A stretch of DNA of 64,000 nucleotides from Neoechinorhynchus agilis (lineage: Eukaryota > Animalia > Acanthocephala), in contig CM121343.1 of the NCBI GenBank assembly GCA_051530055.1, positions 5,302,389 to 5,366,388 on the forward strand, written 5' to 3'. Every line of letters begins with the position of its first letter. The stretch's first letter is position 1. The notes below the pieces were generated by a model, which was not told the DNA's origin, searched no databases, and saw only the letters and a list, made by a program, of their open reading frames with translations. Positions 50,746 through 63,399 of this stretch are shown here, piece by piece. The position numbers were made by a program, and so were the translations under genes.

Positions 50746-53020
50746 TTATTTACTAAAACGGCACAACGCCTTTCTCAGAAAGTCTTTGGAATCAGGATTG
50801 AACTTGACTACTTCACCTTCCGTGAAGTGGGTATCAATGCAATCAATTTGATCGTCAACAACGGCTCGTAGTTCTCGTCTGTCGCCATTTACTGAGGACA
50901 GTTCATATCCCTTCAGAGTCCCTCTCAGTGGTCCTATCACTTGTTTCCCCATGGATATTTTTTCCATCGCTAAGCGCGATACGAGCGTTTCATATGGTGA
51001 TGGCGTAACCCTAAGGCGAAGGACCAATACTGTATTCGTTTGACCAATCCTATGACACCTATCCTGCGCCTGCTCATCAATCATTGGATTATAATCACTT
51101 TCAAAGATAATCACTGTGTCCGCAGCCGTTATGTGACCACTGGTCATGGTAATCGATTTGTTGCAAACATTCCGCCGGACAATGCGGTCGTCCAAAAAAG
51201 GATTCCCCCCAACGGGTTTGGTCTTTCCGAACAAGAGTTTGGAATCTGAAGATCACAATAGAAAAGAAGAATACTCGTTAGCTGTACAACACTGGAGGAG
51301 GCAACGTTTTCATCTGTGCATCTTTTATTTCCCGGTAAACACTGAGGAGAGATACAAACGTACGGATCTCACTTTTTTTTTCATTCGTGGAAAATTTATG
51401 AAGCGAAACGGGTTTCCATGACCAGTGATTTTTTTAAATTTAAACCTAACCCGGCAGCCCTTGTGCTGAGAAGCATGACACCGGCTTCCCGTTTGTTGAA
51501 TTTCTCTAATTGTTCTTCTCGTTTTGCGCAAGGCATTTTCCCATCAATTCGACAAACTTGAACTTTGAGGGTATTAACACAAAATCGCTCAATTATGTCC
51601 AGAGCATCCAGAAGTTGTCCGAAAATGAGAGTACGATGGTTTTCTTTAATCAATCGTGGAACTAAAAAGCTCAATGCATGGACTTTAATACCTGCATAGT
51701 TCTCATACATGCTGGGTGTGAACACCCGGACATATCGTCCACATAGCGATCCACAAGTCTGGGATGCACAGCCAATCTTCTGATAATGGACCAAATCCGG
51801 GTCAATCCCCACCTCTCAATTACTTCAGGAGCCAAAAAATACTGCTGGAGCTTTTTCTGGTCTTTAGTCATTTCGAGCTCAATTGTTCTTACAACCTTAG
51901 GTGGGATATTGAGTCCTTCAATGTCAACCTTTAACCGACGAAGAATAAACGGTGACACCACTTTATGGATAGTGTTCACCATTTCAGGTATCCAATTATT
52001 TGCAACCGGCGCAGGAACCGAATGGAAAGGAGAAGATGGCTCATCTTGCAACATAGAGGTAGACGACCGCTCACTCCATTCGTCTTGATGGAACGACCGC
52101 TTTTTAGATTCTACCAAACGTTTAGTAACCGCTTGAAAATTAGGATTGTTAGCGCTTTTGAACACCTGAGGCATCAGAAACTCAAGAAGTGTCCACAATT
52201 CCTCCAGCTTGTTCTGTAATGGCGTTCCGGACAAAATGAATCTGCTCCTCGTATTCAGCGTCTTTAAAACCGCCAAAAGTTTGGACTGGGAATTCTTAAG
52301 CCGATGACCTTCATCGACAAATAATACCTTCCAATTAGATCTCTTAAAGAATGTCCTATCGCGGAGAATAATCTCATACGTAGTAAGCAATACCTGAATC
52401 TTCGGAATGCGGTTGCTCGTCCAACTCCGAGAAAACTTTGATTTGGACGCGGCACGCTCTTCCTTGGAACCCGTGACGGTGACCAGTCGAACGCCAGGAG
52501 CAAACGTGGCAAACTCCTTGACCCAATGACCCAAAACTGAAAGCGGGCACAGTACCAAAAATGGTCCACGACTTTCTTTTGCCAGCACGTCACAGACGAA
52601 CGCAACGGTCTGTACTGTTTTCCCAAGTCCCATCTCATCCGCCAATATTCCATTTATCTCATTTGCAAATAAGGTCCTATACCATTGAAGACCGAACTTC
52701 TGGTGGCTTCTTAGCCTTCCCCCCACGAAAAACGTCTTATATGCCGTACGCTTCTTCCGGTCGTTTTCACGGCAGGATTTTTTATATTGCTCTAATCGAA
52801 AAACCTGGCACTTGGCGTATTCCGCACATTTCTCGATTAATTTCTTAATCGACGGATCTATCGCATTTGACGTCACTGCCGCGATTTGGTCTTCAAGTTC
52901 TTCCGTAGAACCGGACTCTTCGTCACTTATAACATCGTAACACATTGCAGAAAACGGCATTGGTAGGTGGTGGTGGTGGTGGCGGGTTGATCGCGGCGGC
53001 GTCGTCGTGGTAATGGTCAT
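50746..53020 (-). CDS. SNF2-family helicase (HELLS/Lsh- or SMARCAD1-like); 305-bp insertion in motif V and an apparent frameshift near 51730
   Basis: GILADEMGLGKTVQT, LFVDEGHRLKN, LSGTPLQNKLEELWTLLEFLMP, RIDG, LLSTRAAGLGLNL/TAADTVIIFESDYNP, QAQDRCHRIGQT. Confidence 0.9.
51130..51436. mobile_element. TA-bounded inverted-repeat insertion in the SNF2 gene (305 bp TA-to-TA)
   Basis: TA at 51130-31 and 51435-36. Perfect 12-bp IR CACTGGTCATGG at 51138-49 and 51416-27. Confidence 0.9.
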
Positions 53021-53591
53021 CTTCGGTGTAGTGGTGGGACAATATCACACAAGGACGACGTCATCGGTTTCGTTGCGCGCCGGTGGTCACGTCTACCGTC
53101 TTTTTGCTGGTACGACAGAGCGCGCGCGCAACGTCGACGACACGAAATTCTTACATGTAAGATAAGCTGCAGCAGTCAAAAGTGTCGCCGCACTAAGGAG
53201 GAGAACGGGTGTTCTTGGTTGGCGTGAAAACGGGTCAAGGTACGTCTGTGAGTTCACACGACCTGGTCGCCGCCCGCCCAGTTACCATCGCAACGCAGCA
53301 CTCCTACCAACAACAACGACGACGACGATGATGATGATGCGACGTGTGAAACGCGTCGCAGGAGACGGAGAACGCGCGCGCACACACACACACGCATAAA
53401 TGTTGTGTATACTCTTTGCTTGCGGTGAGGGAAAAGCTTGTCTACGCATAGCAAGAGAAACGCTTCAGTCCTTCTTATGAAGAAAACACGGCGGGGTTTA
53501 CGTGCTCTTCATCTTTCAAGGACCTCAAAAGTGACCGTCGCGTTTTATTGTCGTCGTCGTCGTTGTAACCGATGAGTTTGTACGATACACA

Positions 53592-55175
53592 CACACTAAT
53601 AAACGTTAAATCGATTGGGAATACCACGAGGGTTACATTGTGTCCTTAAACTTCACCGAATAATCATTTTTCGTCTGAACCGCCACATCGAGGATAACAC
53701 CCCTAAAAATCACGTCTAATCATGGAAAAAAAGGAATTCAGTCTATTCCGATGGATGACGTTTGAAACAAATTTACATGAACACTTAAAAAACGTTAAAT
53801 CGATTGGGAATCCCACGAGTCGTGTCCGCCGGTTTCATTGTGTCCTTAAACTTCACCGAATAATCATTTTTGGTCTGAACCGCCACGTCGAGGATAACAC
53901 CCCTAAAAATCACGTCTAATCATGGAAAAAAAGGAATTCAGTCTTTTCGGATGGATGACGTTTGAAACAAATTTACATGAACACTTAAAAAACGTTAAAT
54001 CGATTGGGAATCCCACGAGTCGTGTCCGTTGGTTACATTGTGTCCAAACTTCACCGAATAATCATTTTCGTCTGAACCGCCACATCGAGGATAACACCCC
54101 TAAAAATCACGTCTAATCATGGAAAAAAAGGAATTCAGTCTATTCCGATGGATGACGTTTGAAACAAATTTACATAAACACTCAAAAAACGTTAAATCGA
54201 TTGGGAATCCCACGAGTCGTGTCCGTTGGTTACATTGTGTCCTTAAACTTCACCGAATAATCATTTTTCGTCTGAACCGCCACATCGAGGATAACACCCC
54301 TAAAAATCACGTCTAATCATGGAAAAAAAGGAATTCAGTCTATTCCGATGGATGACGTTTGAAACAAATTTACATAAACACTCAAAAAACGTTAAATCGA
54401 TTGGGAATCCCACGAGTCGTGTCCGTTGGTTACATTGTGTCCTTAAACTTCACCGAATAATCATTTTTCGTCTGAACCGCCACATCGAGGATAACACCCC
54501 TAAAAATCACGTCTAATCATGGAAAAAAAGGAATTCAGTCTATTCCGATGGATGACGTTTGAAACAAATTTACATAAACACTTAAAAAACGTTAAATCGA
54601 TTGGGAATCCCACGAGTCGTGTCCGTTGGTTACATTGTGTCCTTAAACTTCACCGAATAATCATTTTTCGTCTGAACCGCCACATCGAGGATAACACCCC
54701 TAAAAATCACGTCTAATCATGGAAAAAAAGGAATTCAGTCTATTCCGATGGATGACGTTTGAAACAAATTTACATGAACACTCAAAAAACGTTAAATCGA
54801 TTGGGAATACCACGAGTCGTGTCCGTTGGTTACATTGTGTCCTTAAACTTCACCGAATAATCATTTTTCGTCTGAACCGCCACATCGAGGATAACACCCC
54901 TAAAAATCACGTCTAATCATGGAAAAAAAGGAATTCAGTCTATTCCGATGGATGACGTTTGAAACAAATTTACATGAACACTTAAAAAACGTTAAATCGA
55001 TTGGGAATCCCACGAGTCGTGTCCGCCGGTTACATTGTGTCCTTAAACTTCACCGAATAATCATTTTTCGTCTGAACCGCCACATCGAGGATAACACCCC
55101 TAAAAATCACGTCTAATCATGGAAAAAAAGGAATTCAGTCTTTTCGGATGGATGACGTTTGAAACAAATTTACAT
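53592..55175 (+). repeat. Tandem array of a 200-bp unit, about 8 copies
   Basis: Unit ORF starts at 53722, 53922, 54119, 54319, 54519, 54719, 54919 and 55119. Units differ by a few SNPs and small indels. Confidence 0.97.
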
Positions 55176-55699
55176 ATAGCGGGTTTTCCATTGAGTAAGC
55201 ATTCGGGGATTCCTTTGATTCAACTGTAATCAGTTCAACTGTGATGAACGTGTCAAGACAGTCGTTCAATTGGTTTAGTACTGCATGATTTGCTCTTGTG
55301 TGTAACTTTACTGATATTAAAATGTCGATTTGGGTAGGAGGTACCAGGGATTACAAGTTTGTGTGTTTTTCAGAAGTGCAATAAAGAAGTATTCACCACG
55401 TGAAGACTTCTAAATGACACTTCTTTGCTGATATTTTCTATAATAAATCACCTAAAACCGTGTAGAAAAGATGTCGGAATGTATTGGGTACAGTCATAAT
55501 GAAATGTTTTTGGAAAAATCTTGAAATAGACTGTTTTTGCTTGGAATCGAACAAGTTTTCCACATTCTTCGATTTCTGCGGAACTTTGGGTTTTTATATT
55601 GTACTTTAAATCGTTTCTCTGTCAGAAGAAATATTGGAAAATTGAAAACCACTACTAAAACGGTGGATTTCGCTTGTTGTTGTTGAAGTAAAAGTTTCG

Positions 55700-55830
55700 G
55701 CAGAGAGGTTTTGACGGTCAGAGTGCAGAAGCATTCCTCCTACAAAACATAATGCTGGCTGTGCAACGGTAAGGAACCGCTGCATCCGTCCCTTCGACCA
55801 TTATAACATCGGGGCGGCAGCTGAATGATC
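55700..55830 (+). mobile_element. CRE-clade 3' fragment
   Basis: EAFLLQNIMLAVQR*GTAASV; DNA similarity to the reverse complement of 47930-47990. Confidence 0.6.
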
Positions 55831-58800
55831 CAGGGTTGTGGTGTGGATGTTTCTCGAACTCTTTCAAAAAACGGGTTTACTGGATAATGTCACGAAGGAA
55901 ATATCTGGTAGCATTCAGTTTTTCGTGTCCTGGTTGTCAGTTTAATCGAGAGAGTAAAATGATGGCATTCTTGATGATCCCCAAGAGAACTGCGCACTTC
56001 TAGCTGCTTGGAATTAGATCACTGTGAGCTCTATTTTATTGATATTTTGTCGAATTGACAATTTTGAAGCTCAGTACAACCATTGAGCATTGTTGTTTTA
56101 GTTCTACAGTCCATCATTCTTAATGTTGAAGCGTATAGCCGACGCATGAATTTACGAATTTCATCTCGGCATCAATTTGAAATATGTCTATTCTAAAATC
56201 CCCACTTGAATTAATGCTAATATTTTTCGACCTTAGATATTTTTAATGGTTATAAAATTGGAACAATGAATCCGAAGCTTAAAGTCTCGAGTGCGTTTTG
56301 TGATACTGGAATGGGTTTACATAATACTGTTAAATTGTCAAATAATTTTATTGTTTGATGAGTATGTGGCAGAGGGGAAAAGATTATATCAAAGAATGAA
56401 TTATGTTGAAATATTTCGTCCAATCGCACTGGACTTCTTTAGTCAGGTATCGCTTGCAAGTTTTTTCAACTGTGAATGGGAAGCAGTCCAGTGCGATTGG
56501 ATGAAATATTTCAATATAATCCATTCTTTGATATAATGTTTTCCCCTACCGCCACACTGTAAAGTCGACCTTTGAAAATGCTGCTGCGAAATAATATCTG
56601 TAAAGCAATTAACCTCATTGAAATTCTAATTATACAAGAACGACTGTTTTCTTTTGTGCTATCCTTGGTAAATAATTTATTACTATTTAAAAGATTGTCT
56701 ACATCTTAATTTGTCAATCTCAAGCAAAATTAGCTCGGTAACACATTGAAATTCTGTATAATATCTGAGCTTTTAAACGACAAAAATGGGGAAAATCTGA
56801 GTTAAACGTTAAAAAATTAGCGCAAAAAGCAAATTTCTATTATCGACTATATGACAATTTGAAGGTTTTTCAATCCTCCCTTGTCTCGTGTACGATTCTC
56901 TACCGGTGTTAAACAATCAATATTTCAATTTAGTTGGCTGTCATTTAGGCATGATGAATGCTGTGGACGTTGTTTGAAAAATTGGGATTCAAGCTATTGA
57001 AATTATCGATCACTTATGGTGTGCATTTGGCAGTGATTGCTTAATGCAAATGTCTTCTTGAAAGACTATTTCCTGCTAGAAGCGCATATTTTGAGAGTGC
57101 GTCTTCGCGTTTTATTTTAGTGCAGCGCTCGTTTTCCCGGTTTCTTGTATAGATGTGAGATTTTCGAAATAATCTCTTAAAGGGATGAAGGTTTCCTACA
57201 AATGCTTCCACCAGCAATTGAAATGCTATGGCTTGTACGGAAAAATGTTTAGTCTTCAAAATTCGGTGAAAGCTCTAAATTTATTTCACTTTGTCGGAAA
57301 TCCAACAGTTACCGGTCACTAGTTGACCTTGTTTAAAAAGGTATCCTTCAACCGATCGACAACTTGCCTGTCACATAATCGCCTCCGTATTTTCCGAGTC
57401 GACATATCCATCTGTTCCTTGTTCTCTCTTTTCCCGTCGTAAATCCATGGAGCGGAGTTTGCTCGACGAATTGGATTCATGCAAAAAGGTTAATGGGTTG
57501 GTGAATTTACAAAAAAAAGGAACTGTGTTTCGGATAATATTTAAAACTTCCTTATTTGCTACTCATGTTGATGTATCAGTTCTACTAGCTGCGTTTTATT
57601 CCCCAGCAGCAACTTCAAACTCTGATTCATTCACACACACTGCCGCCTTTTCAGAGTTTCCCATTCAGTTAATAAACGACACAAAGCGAAACACATAGTT
57701 TACACTTTGAAATTCGTCGATTTTTTTGCTCAGATTCTCAGTATCTGGGTCTACTTGGGCGACAAAACTAATTCCATCGTGCTCGTTTAGACCTTTATAT
57801 CGACTCCTTTAAAATTTAGATCGAGATATTGACAAGTGGTCCACTGAATTCAAAAGGTATGGTGTAAATTAGACATATTTACCTGATTTAGGTTTCTTTT
57901 TAGCTGCGTATTTCCTTTCAGATTCTACGCACAGTAATTTCATTTTGCATCAAAATCCTTCTAGGGATCTTTCATCCGAATCTGTGCCGCGTTGAATTTG
58001 CTAATATCATTACTTTTATCGATAACCAGCTCACTTGCGTTTCACTCAGTGAAAGGAAACTGCTGCGATTGGCTGTTGCAGTCGTTTATACGTTAAACGT
58101 TGCGCGATTGCCATCTTTCTCATCTATAATAAGAAACGATTTTCGAGACAGACTGGTATTCGTTTAAGATCCTCCCCCGCTGAGCACTCGTCCTAAATGT
58201 TTAAACGATCCGGTACATGCTGTCTCCATTGTCCTGAAATTCATATTTCCCATTTGATGCACACTCACAGACGTAATTGAATACGTTCCGCATAGAGCTG
58301 TAATCTTACAAGACGCAAAATCTCTGTCTTTTTAGATAGTTCAATCGCCACCATCGCCCGGATCCTTTGGATATCACTGGCGAATGAACATTAAAACTGA
58401 TTATGGTACTCAAAACGAAAAAGGTTCGCGACACACACACACAGCAGTTGCGTATAGATGCATGCTCATAAAATTTTGCCATGGAAAAAGGATAAATCTT
58501 TAAAAATTAAGCAACTTTCAGAATGTTTTTCCCGACTACTCTTTAAAAAGATTTGCGAATTAGTTAAATTCAGTCAGGATATCGCGGTTTTATTGCGTCG
58601 TCTCAAATTACATATAAATCATATTTTCCTGAAATAATGCGATTAACTTTTGTTGAAAACAACGATTTCATCTAACTGACCAAATTAATTATCTAGGCCC
58701 TCTTGTTCGCTAAGATAAATATTGAACATTCTGTTGTTGTTTTTTGCACTTTGTTGTTCACTTACGGCGTAGGGGAAATTTGTGGTGTCTACACGAACGC

Positions 58801-61259
58801 TCTTTCCTGAAATGCTGAAATGAGTGTCATAGATCTATAGCGAACACTTGTCAGTCAAGTGACACAATATCTGCTGACAATCTCCAAATATCTCCTTCCG
58901 TTAGTTATCCGAATCCTCCGATTTTTGTACGAAGGAGCTAAAGTTATAGTGGATTTGAAGGCAAACAAACGTATATCTGGTCCTGCTTACAATGAAAAGG
59001 GATCCATGCTCTAATAACAAGATGAATAAGTCTAATAATGTTATATCCGAACGCAGAGTACGTAGAAATTGTTTATACGAAAACCTTTGGTATTTAATAA
59101 TGTCAACGTTCATAAGACAAACGAAAGGTATGTGGAACTGGGATGAGAAACCGAAGTATTTCTTCGAGACGCCTATCAGTTGCATGCCGCCTGTAGTCGA
59201 AACGGATTCGCTCCCACCATTCCATAAATGTTAAACGACTAGTGACAGAGCTCTGTTGTCATAGTTCCCACTATATAAGTTGCACAGTTCCTAAGGTACT
59301 TCTCGCCCAAATGGGATCCCAAACCAAGCCAATCTAATAAATATGTAAGCAATCGTAGAGATATCGATGCACACTGCAACCACGCCTCTTATGCATTCCT
59401 GCTTTGGTTATATAACTGTTTTTTACCATAGCTTCCTCTCGCCTTAACCACAGATTTCCATGATCTTTACAGTGGAAGTTACTCATGGCTTACATAGCCG
59501 GTTCGTCGAGATTTGGTGAGTCTCATCGTTGGTATTAAACAGGTTCAAAAAGCTAGGAGAGCTAACGGAAACGTGATAAAACGGAATAGGTTTTCTCATC
59601 AAAATTTTGTCATATGACTTACACCTTTTCCCTGACCCATCATCATATTCCAGTGTTCTCGGAATTTCTTTAAAGGCAAAGTAGTTTTGACACGGCTCAA
59701 AGTTTCCAAAGACGGCTTTTATATGTGTGGTTTTGCGGTTCGTTGACGGTACCACCTACACCGCAATCACTCACTCACTCACACACCACAGACTCAAATG
59801 TGAGTGAGTGTCTGTTTGCATTGGAGTGAATATGAAGGAGGCTAAATGTTCTAAGACGCAGTTTACACTTACTATTAGTAGACAGGGAAATAGAATTGAG
59901 AACGCAGTTATTTCGAGCTGATTTATTTTATTAAATCCTTCTACTGTTTGACACGTCGTCTACAACGGTCGACTACGAGAACCTCTTTTATTTGATTATA
60001 TGCACGGCGTACGGATTACGAGCTCCTCTCGTACCAAGGGTTAGTTGAAAGTGGCCAATATTTACAAAAAAAAAGAAGCTATGGGAAACTAAATATAACC
60101 CCATTAAATTCTCATGATGATATTTAATTAGTGTAATTCCGTTACAAGCTATTAATGATCTCATATCATGTAGTGTTCCATTTTATTGATCAGGTAAAGT
60201 GCTTTTCATATTCCAACGAAAACCATCGTTTTGCGAATTGACGCCCACTTTGTGGGGAGGAAGTTCCGTTTAAGTCCAATATGTTCCCCTTGAGTTCACA
60301 TTATGCCCGCAGTTTTTAAACAATAGCATCTTCAACTCACTCTCCGAACGACCTAAACTGAAGAGTATTGCAGGAAAGAGAAATGAATATGACCCATGCT
60401 CAAGTATTACTAATAACTTTCCATAACACTCGGAATATAAGTACGATTTAGAGGACTGAGAAGGCGAGGGATGTAGGCCTTAATAATGAGTATGGGGCAA
60501 ACGTGCGTCTTGAGATTGCTGTTAGGGCTATCGATTTGCAATCAATTACATAAGATCTTCCGTCATTTAATAAACTCCTTCCGTGAATTAATAACCATTG
60601 TCATTGGCACTAGTAAGTTTTTCCTTGATGTCATTTTTAGTAATTAATAAAAATGCGTATTTAAATTTCTGCATTTTCAACCGCTTTTCGTTGCGCAGAT
60701 AAAACGATGAGTAAAACACAAAATACTAACTGGTCTCTCTGATTTTCCTTATCTCCTTAATGCCTATCTATTATTACGATCTCGGCGATATTGAATCAGG
60801 GCGACTATACCGTCGTCTATGGGTGCGTGACACTCACTCCGACTGCTGTTGTTGCTGCTGCACTGATGCTGAGTACACCACCACCACCACTATTACAACA
60901 AGTTTTTTTTCCATATCTGCCTCATTTTGTATCCTTATCTTCTGAAGAAGCAAGGAGTGTCTCTGACTACATAGACCTCTTGTTGTTGGTTAGATGAAGT
61001 CAGAACAATACTGAAATTTTTTGAATATTTCCTAAATCGCACTTGGTCTGGTTACCAATAAGTGCTTTGTCGCTCATAAGTACATAAAACTCGGTCACTC
61101 ACTCAAAAATATCGACCAAACCATGGCAATGTTCACGATTGTATTTAAAATTATGAGAAGCGGTAGTGAGTATGGCCGTTGTTTATTTTTGTGCATTCGT
61201 AATTTCATATCGTTCAATTATTAAAAACGGTTGTGTTAACTTGTGAGCTATACGTTTAG

Positions 61260-62171
61260 AGTCAAAGGAATCATGCACCAACACGATCGGTACTTCTCAT
61301 CGGTGCACGGTCAAGTCGTTGGACGATTTCGTTAGTCGAACTAACTTTACCAAAAAAGAGGTTCAATTTCTGTACCGAAAATTTAAGCAGGTTAGCAATT
61401 GACTTAACACTGCTCGAATCTATCGGTTAAGCTTACTTCATTCAAACCATCTAGGATTTCCCCGGAGGTGCTGCATCCGAACAGGATTTCCTCAATGTTT
61501 ATAGGAAAATGTTTCCACATTCCGGTAAGTGTGATAAATCCAACCGGCATTAACAGGTAGCCGTGTGAATAACAAGTCTAAAAAATTATGGAAATTTAAG
61601 TCTGTGCTCACTTCACGCTTTTTAAGACACATGTAAATACAGCCGGTATATATTCAGTGCACTAAACCGGAGCCAAACACAATTTGTGACTTTTGAAGAC
61701 TTTATACAGAGTCTGGATATTCTGTCCAATGGAACCAACGAAGACAAATTGGGATGGATTTTTGACCTCTATGACATCAAGCATAGTAATCGACTGACTT
61801 CGCAAGTTAGTCTTCACGCATCTGTTGCGTCTCATGATCGGCTTTAGATTTCCCATAGGACGTTGAGGATCTCTTGTCTGCGATTTGCGATTTGAGTGGA
61901 AAGGCAATCACGGAATCACAACAGTCCGATGCCATCCGAATGCAGGCTGAAACTTTCTTTAATGTAATATTATTCACATTTTAGTTCCAAAACTCACATA
62001 ACTGCTTTAAATAGATGCTCAATGGCGCCGATAAAGGTTACGTGGACAGAAATGATTTTGTGAGGACATTTTGTGAGGTCGGTCGATGTCTAAATTCAAC
62101 GAAACCTTAATAGAGTAATCACCTAGAATGAACAGGTGATCATAGCACTGCAAAATCAAGTTGTTATGTGA
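61260..62171 (+). CDS. Neuronal calcium sensor family, KChIP-like EF-hand protein (multi-exon; first exon possibly near 60791-60900)
   Basis: RTNFTKKEVQFLYRKFKQ/DFPGG..FLNVYRKMFP/..YIFSAL..VTFEDFIQSLDILSNGT.EDKLGWIFDLYDI..; canonical GT-AG introns. Confidence 0.85.
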
Positions 62172-63399
62172 AAATCAATTACAAACTACTTCTTACATCA
62201 AAATCAGAAACCAATTCCTCGGGCGAAATGACAGTCGATTTTTTGTATCACAAATCATTGTGCTTCAATTTATTTAAAACTGTACAATTGATTATGTACA
62301 TCATTGATGAATAAATTGTCAGTAGATAATATCGACGAATGTACAAAGAAGCTTTTTTAAAGATTGATTATTAAGCGGATACTTAAGTTGCGTACAAATA
62401 AGACTTATCAATTGGCGTCCTAACCATTTTACAAGTCTTGCCTAATTTATACGCGATTTTAGGTCAAGATTCAATAGGTACCTAAGGCTAAATCATAGCT
62501 GGAGAATCTGTAATGCACACTATTGACTTAAGCGATCTTTTGAAAATGCCATGGAAATAAATTTACAACACAGAACATATTTCTTACTGGTGAAGTTTTA
62601 TTAAAAAACTAACTTCTTAGCTAACCACTTTATAAACCATGTATGGAAATCGAAGGTCAGTTTTCTAACTCATGGAGAATCGCTATTTAAATTTTGGATT
62701 TAAACTTCACAATCAAAGGAAATAAGTTTCTCTAAACGTCTAAATGCTTTGAGGATTCGGCGCTAATCCTAAAATAATGTGAGGATCCAGGAAATTTCTC
62801 TTTCACTGCACAGTATCGTCCATCTCAATGAATAAGAATTTAGGTTAAACTTGGAGTTCATTCAATTGATTTTGAGCAATCGAAACTCACCACGGTGCGC
62901 GCGCGGTCGCATAAAATCGCAAACAAATCGCGGATGACGGTTTAATGTTTAAGTTGCGATTATGTTCACTTTAGAACATATTTCTACCGAATAGAGCAAA
63001 ATTATCAAAGAGTTTAGGGATAAAGCGAAGGATTTTGGTGGCCAACAGCGGGATGATATTCCATAGCAGGTTCTTGGTACAACGCTTTTCACCATAGAGA
63101 AGGAGAGTAAACAAATAATGTCATATGCTTTATTTGTTGAAATGAAATATCCTTCTCGGGTTCTGACTTGTTAAATGAATGCGGTTGTTGATCTTGAAGT
63201 AGATTACGGATTCGGTCGGGTGAGAATATCCGGTCGTGGGATGTCCGCTCTGGTGGGATTTGGCGATTATCGTTTGCAGGAGAGCTTGCGAGGTTGGTCT
63301 TTCCTCAGGTTCATTTCACGTCATGATATCCGAGAAGATTGGACAGCATGGAAAAAGCAGCAGAGGTAGAGGGAGGAGCGAGGTATAGGAGGATGAAAT

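Noticed and set aside
53592-55175. CRISPR array or multi-copy protein gene
   Set aside because: No unique spacers, the units are contiguous and near-identical, the context is eukaryotic, and the peptide has no recognisable motif.
56291-59755. Short ORFs in the 56-60 kb region
   Set aside because: No recognisable domains; probably decayed repeats that cannot be classified by eye.
59772-59810. 12-bp perfect hairpin
   Set aside because: Built from (CACT)n/(AGTG)n simple repeats.
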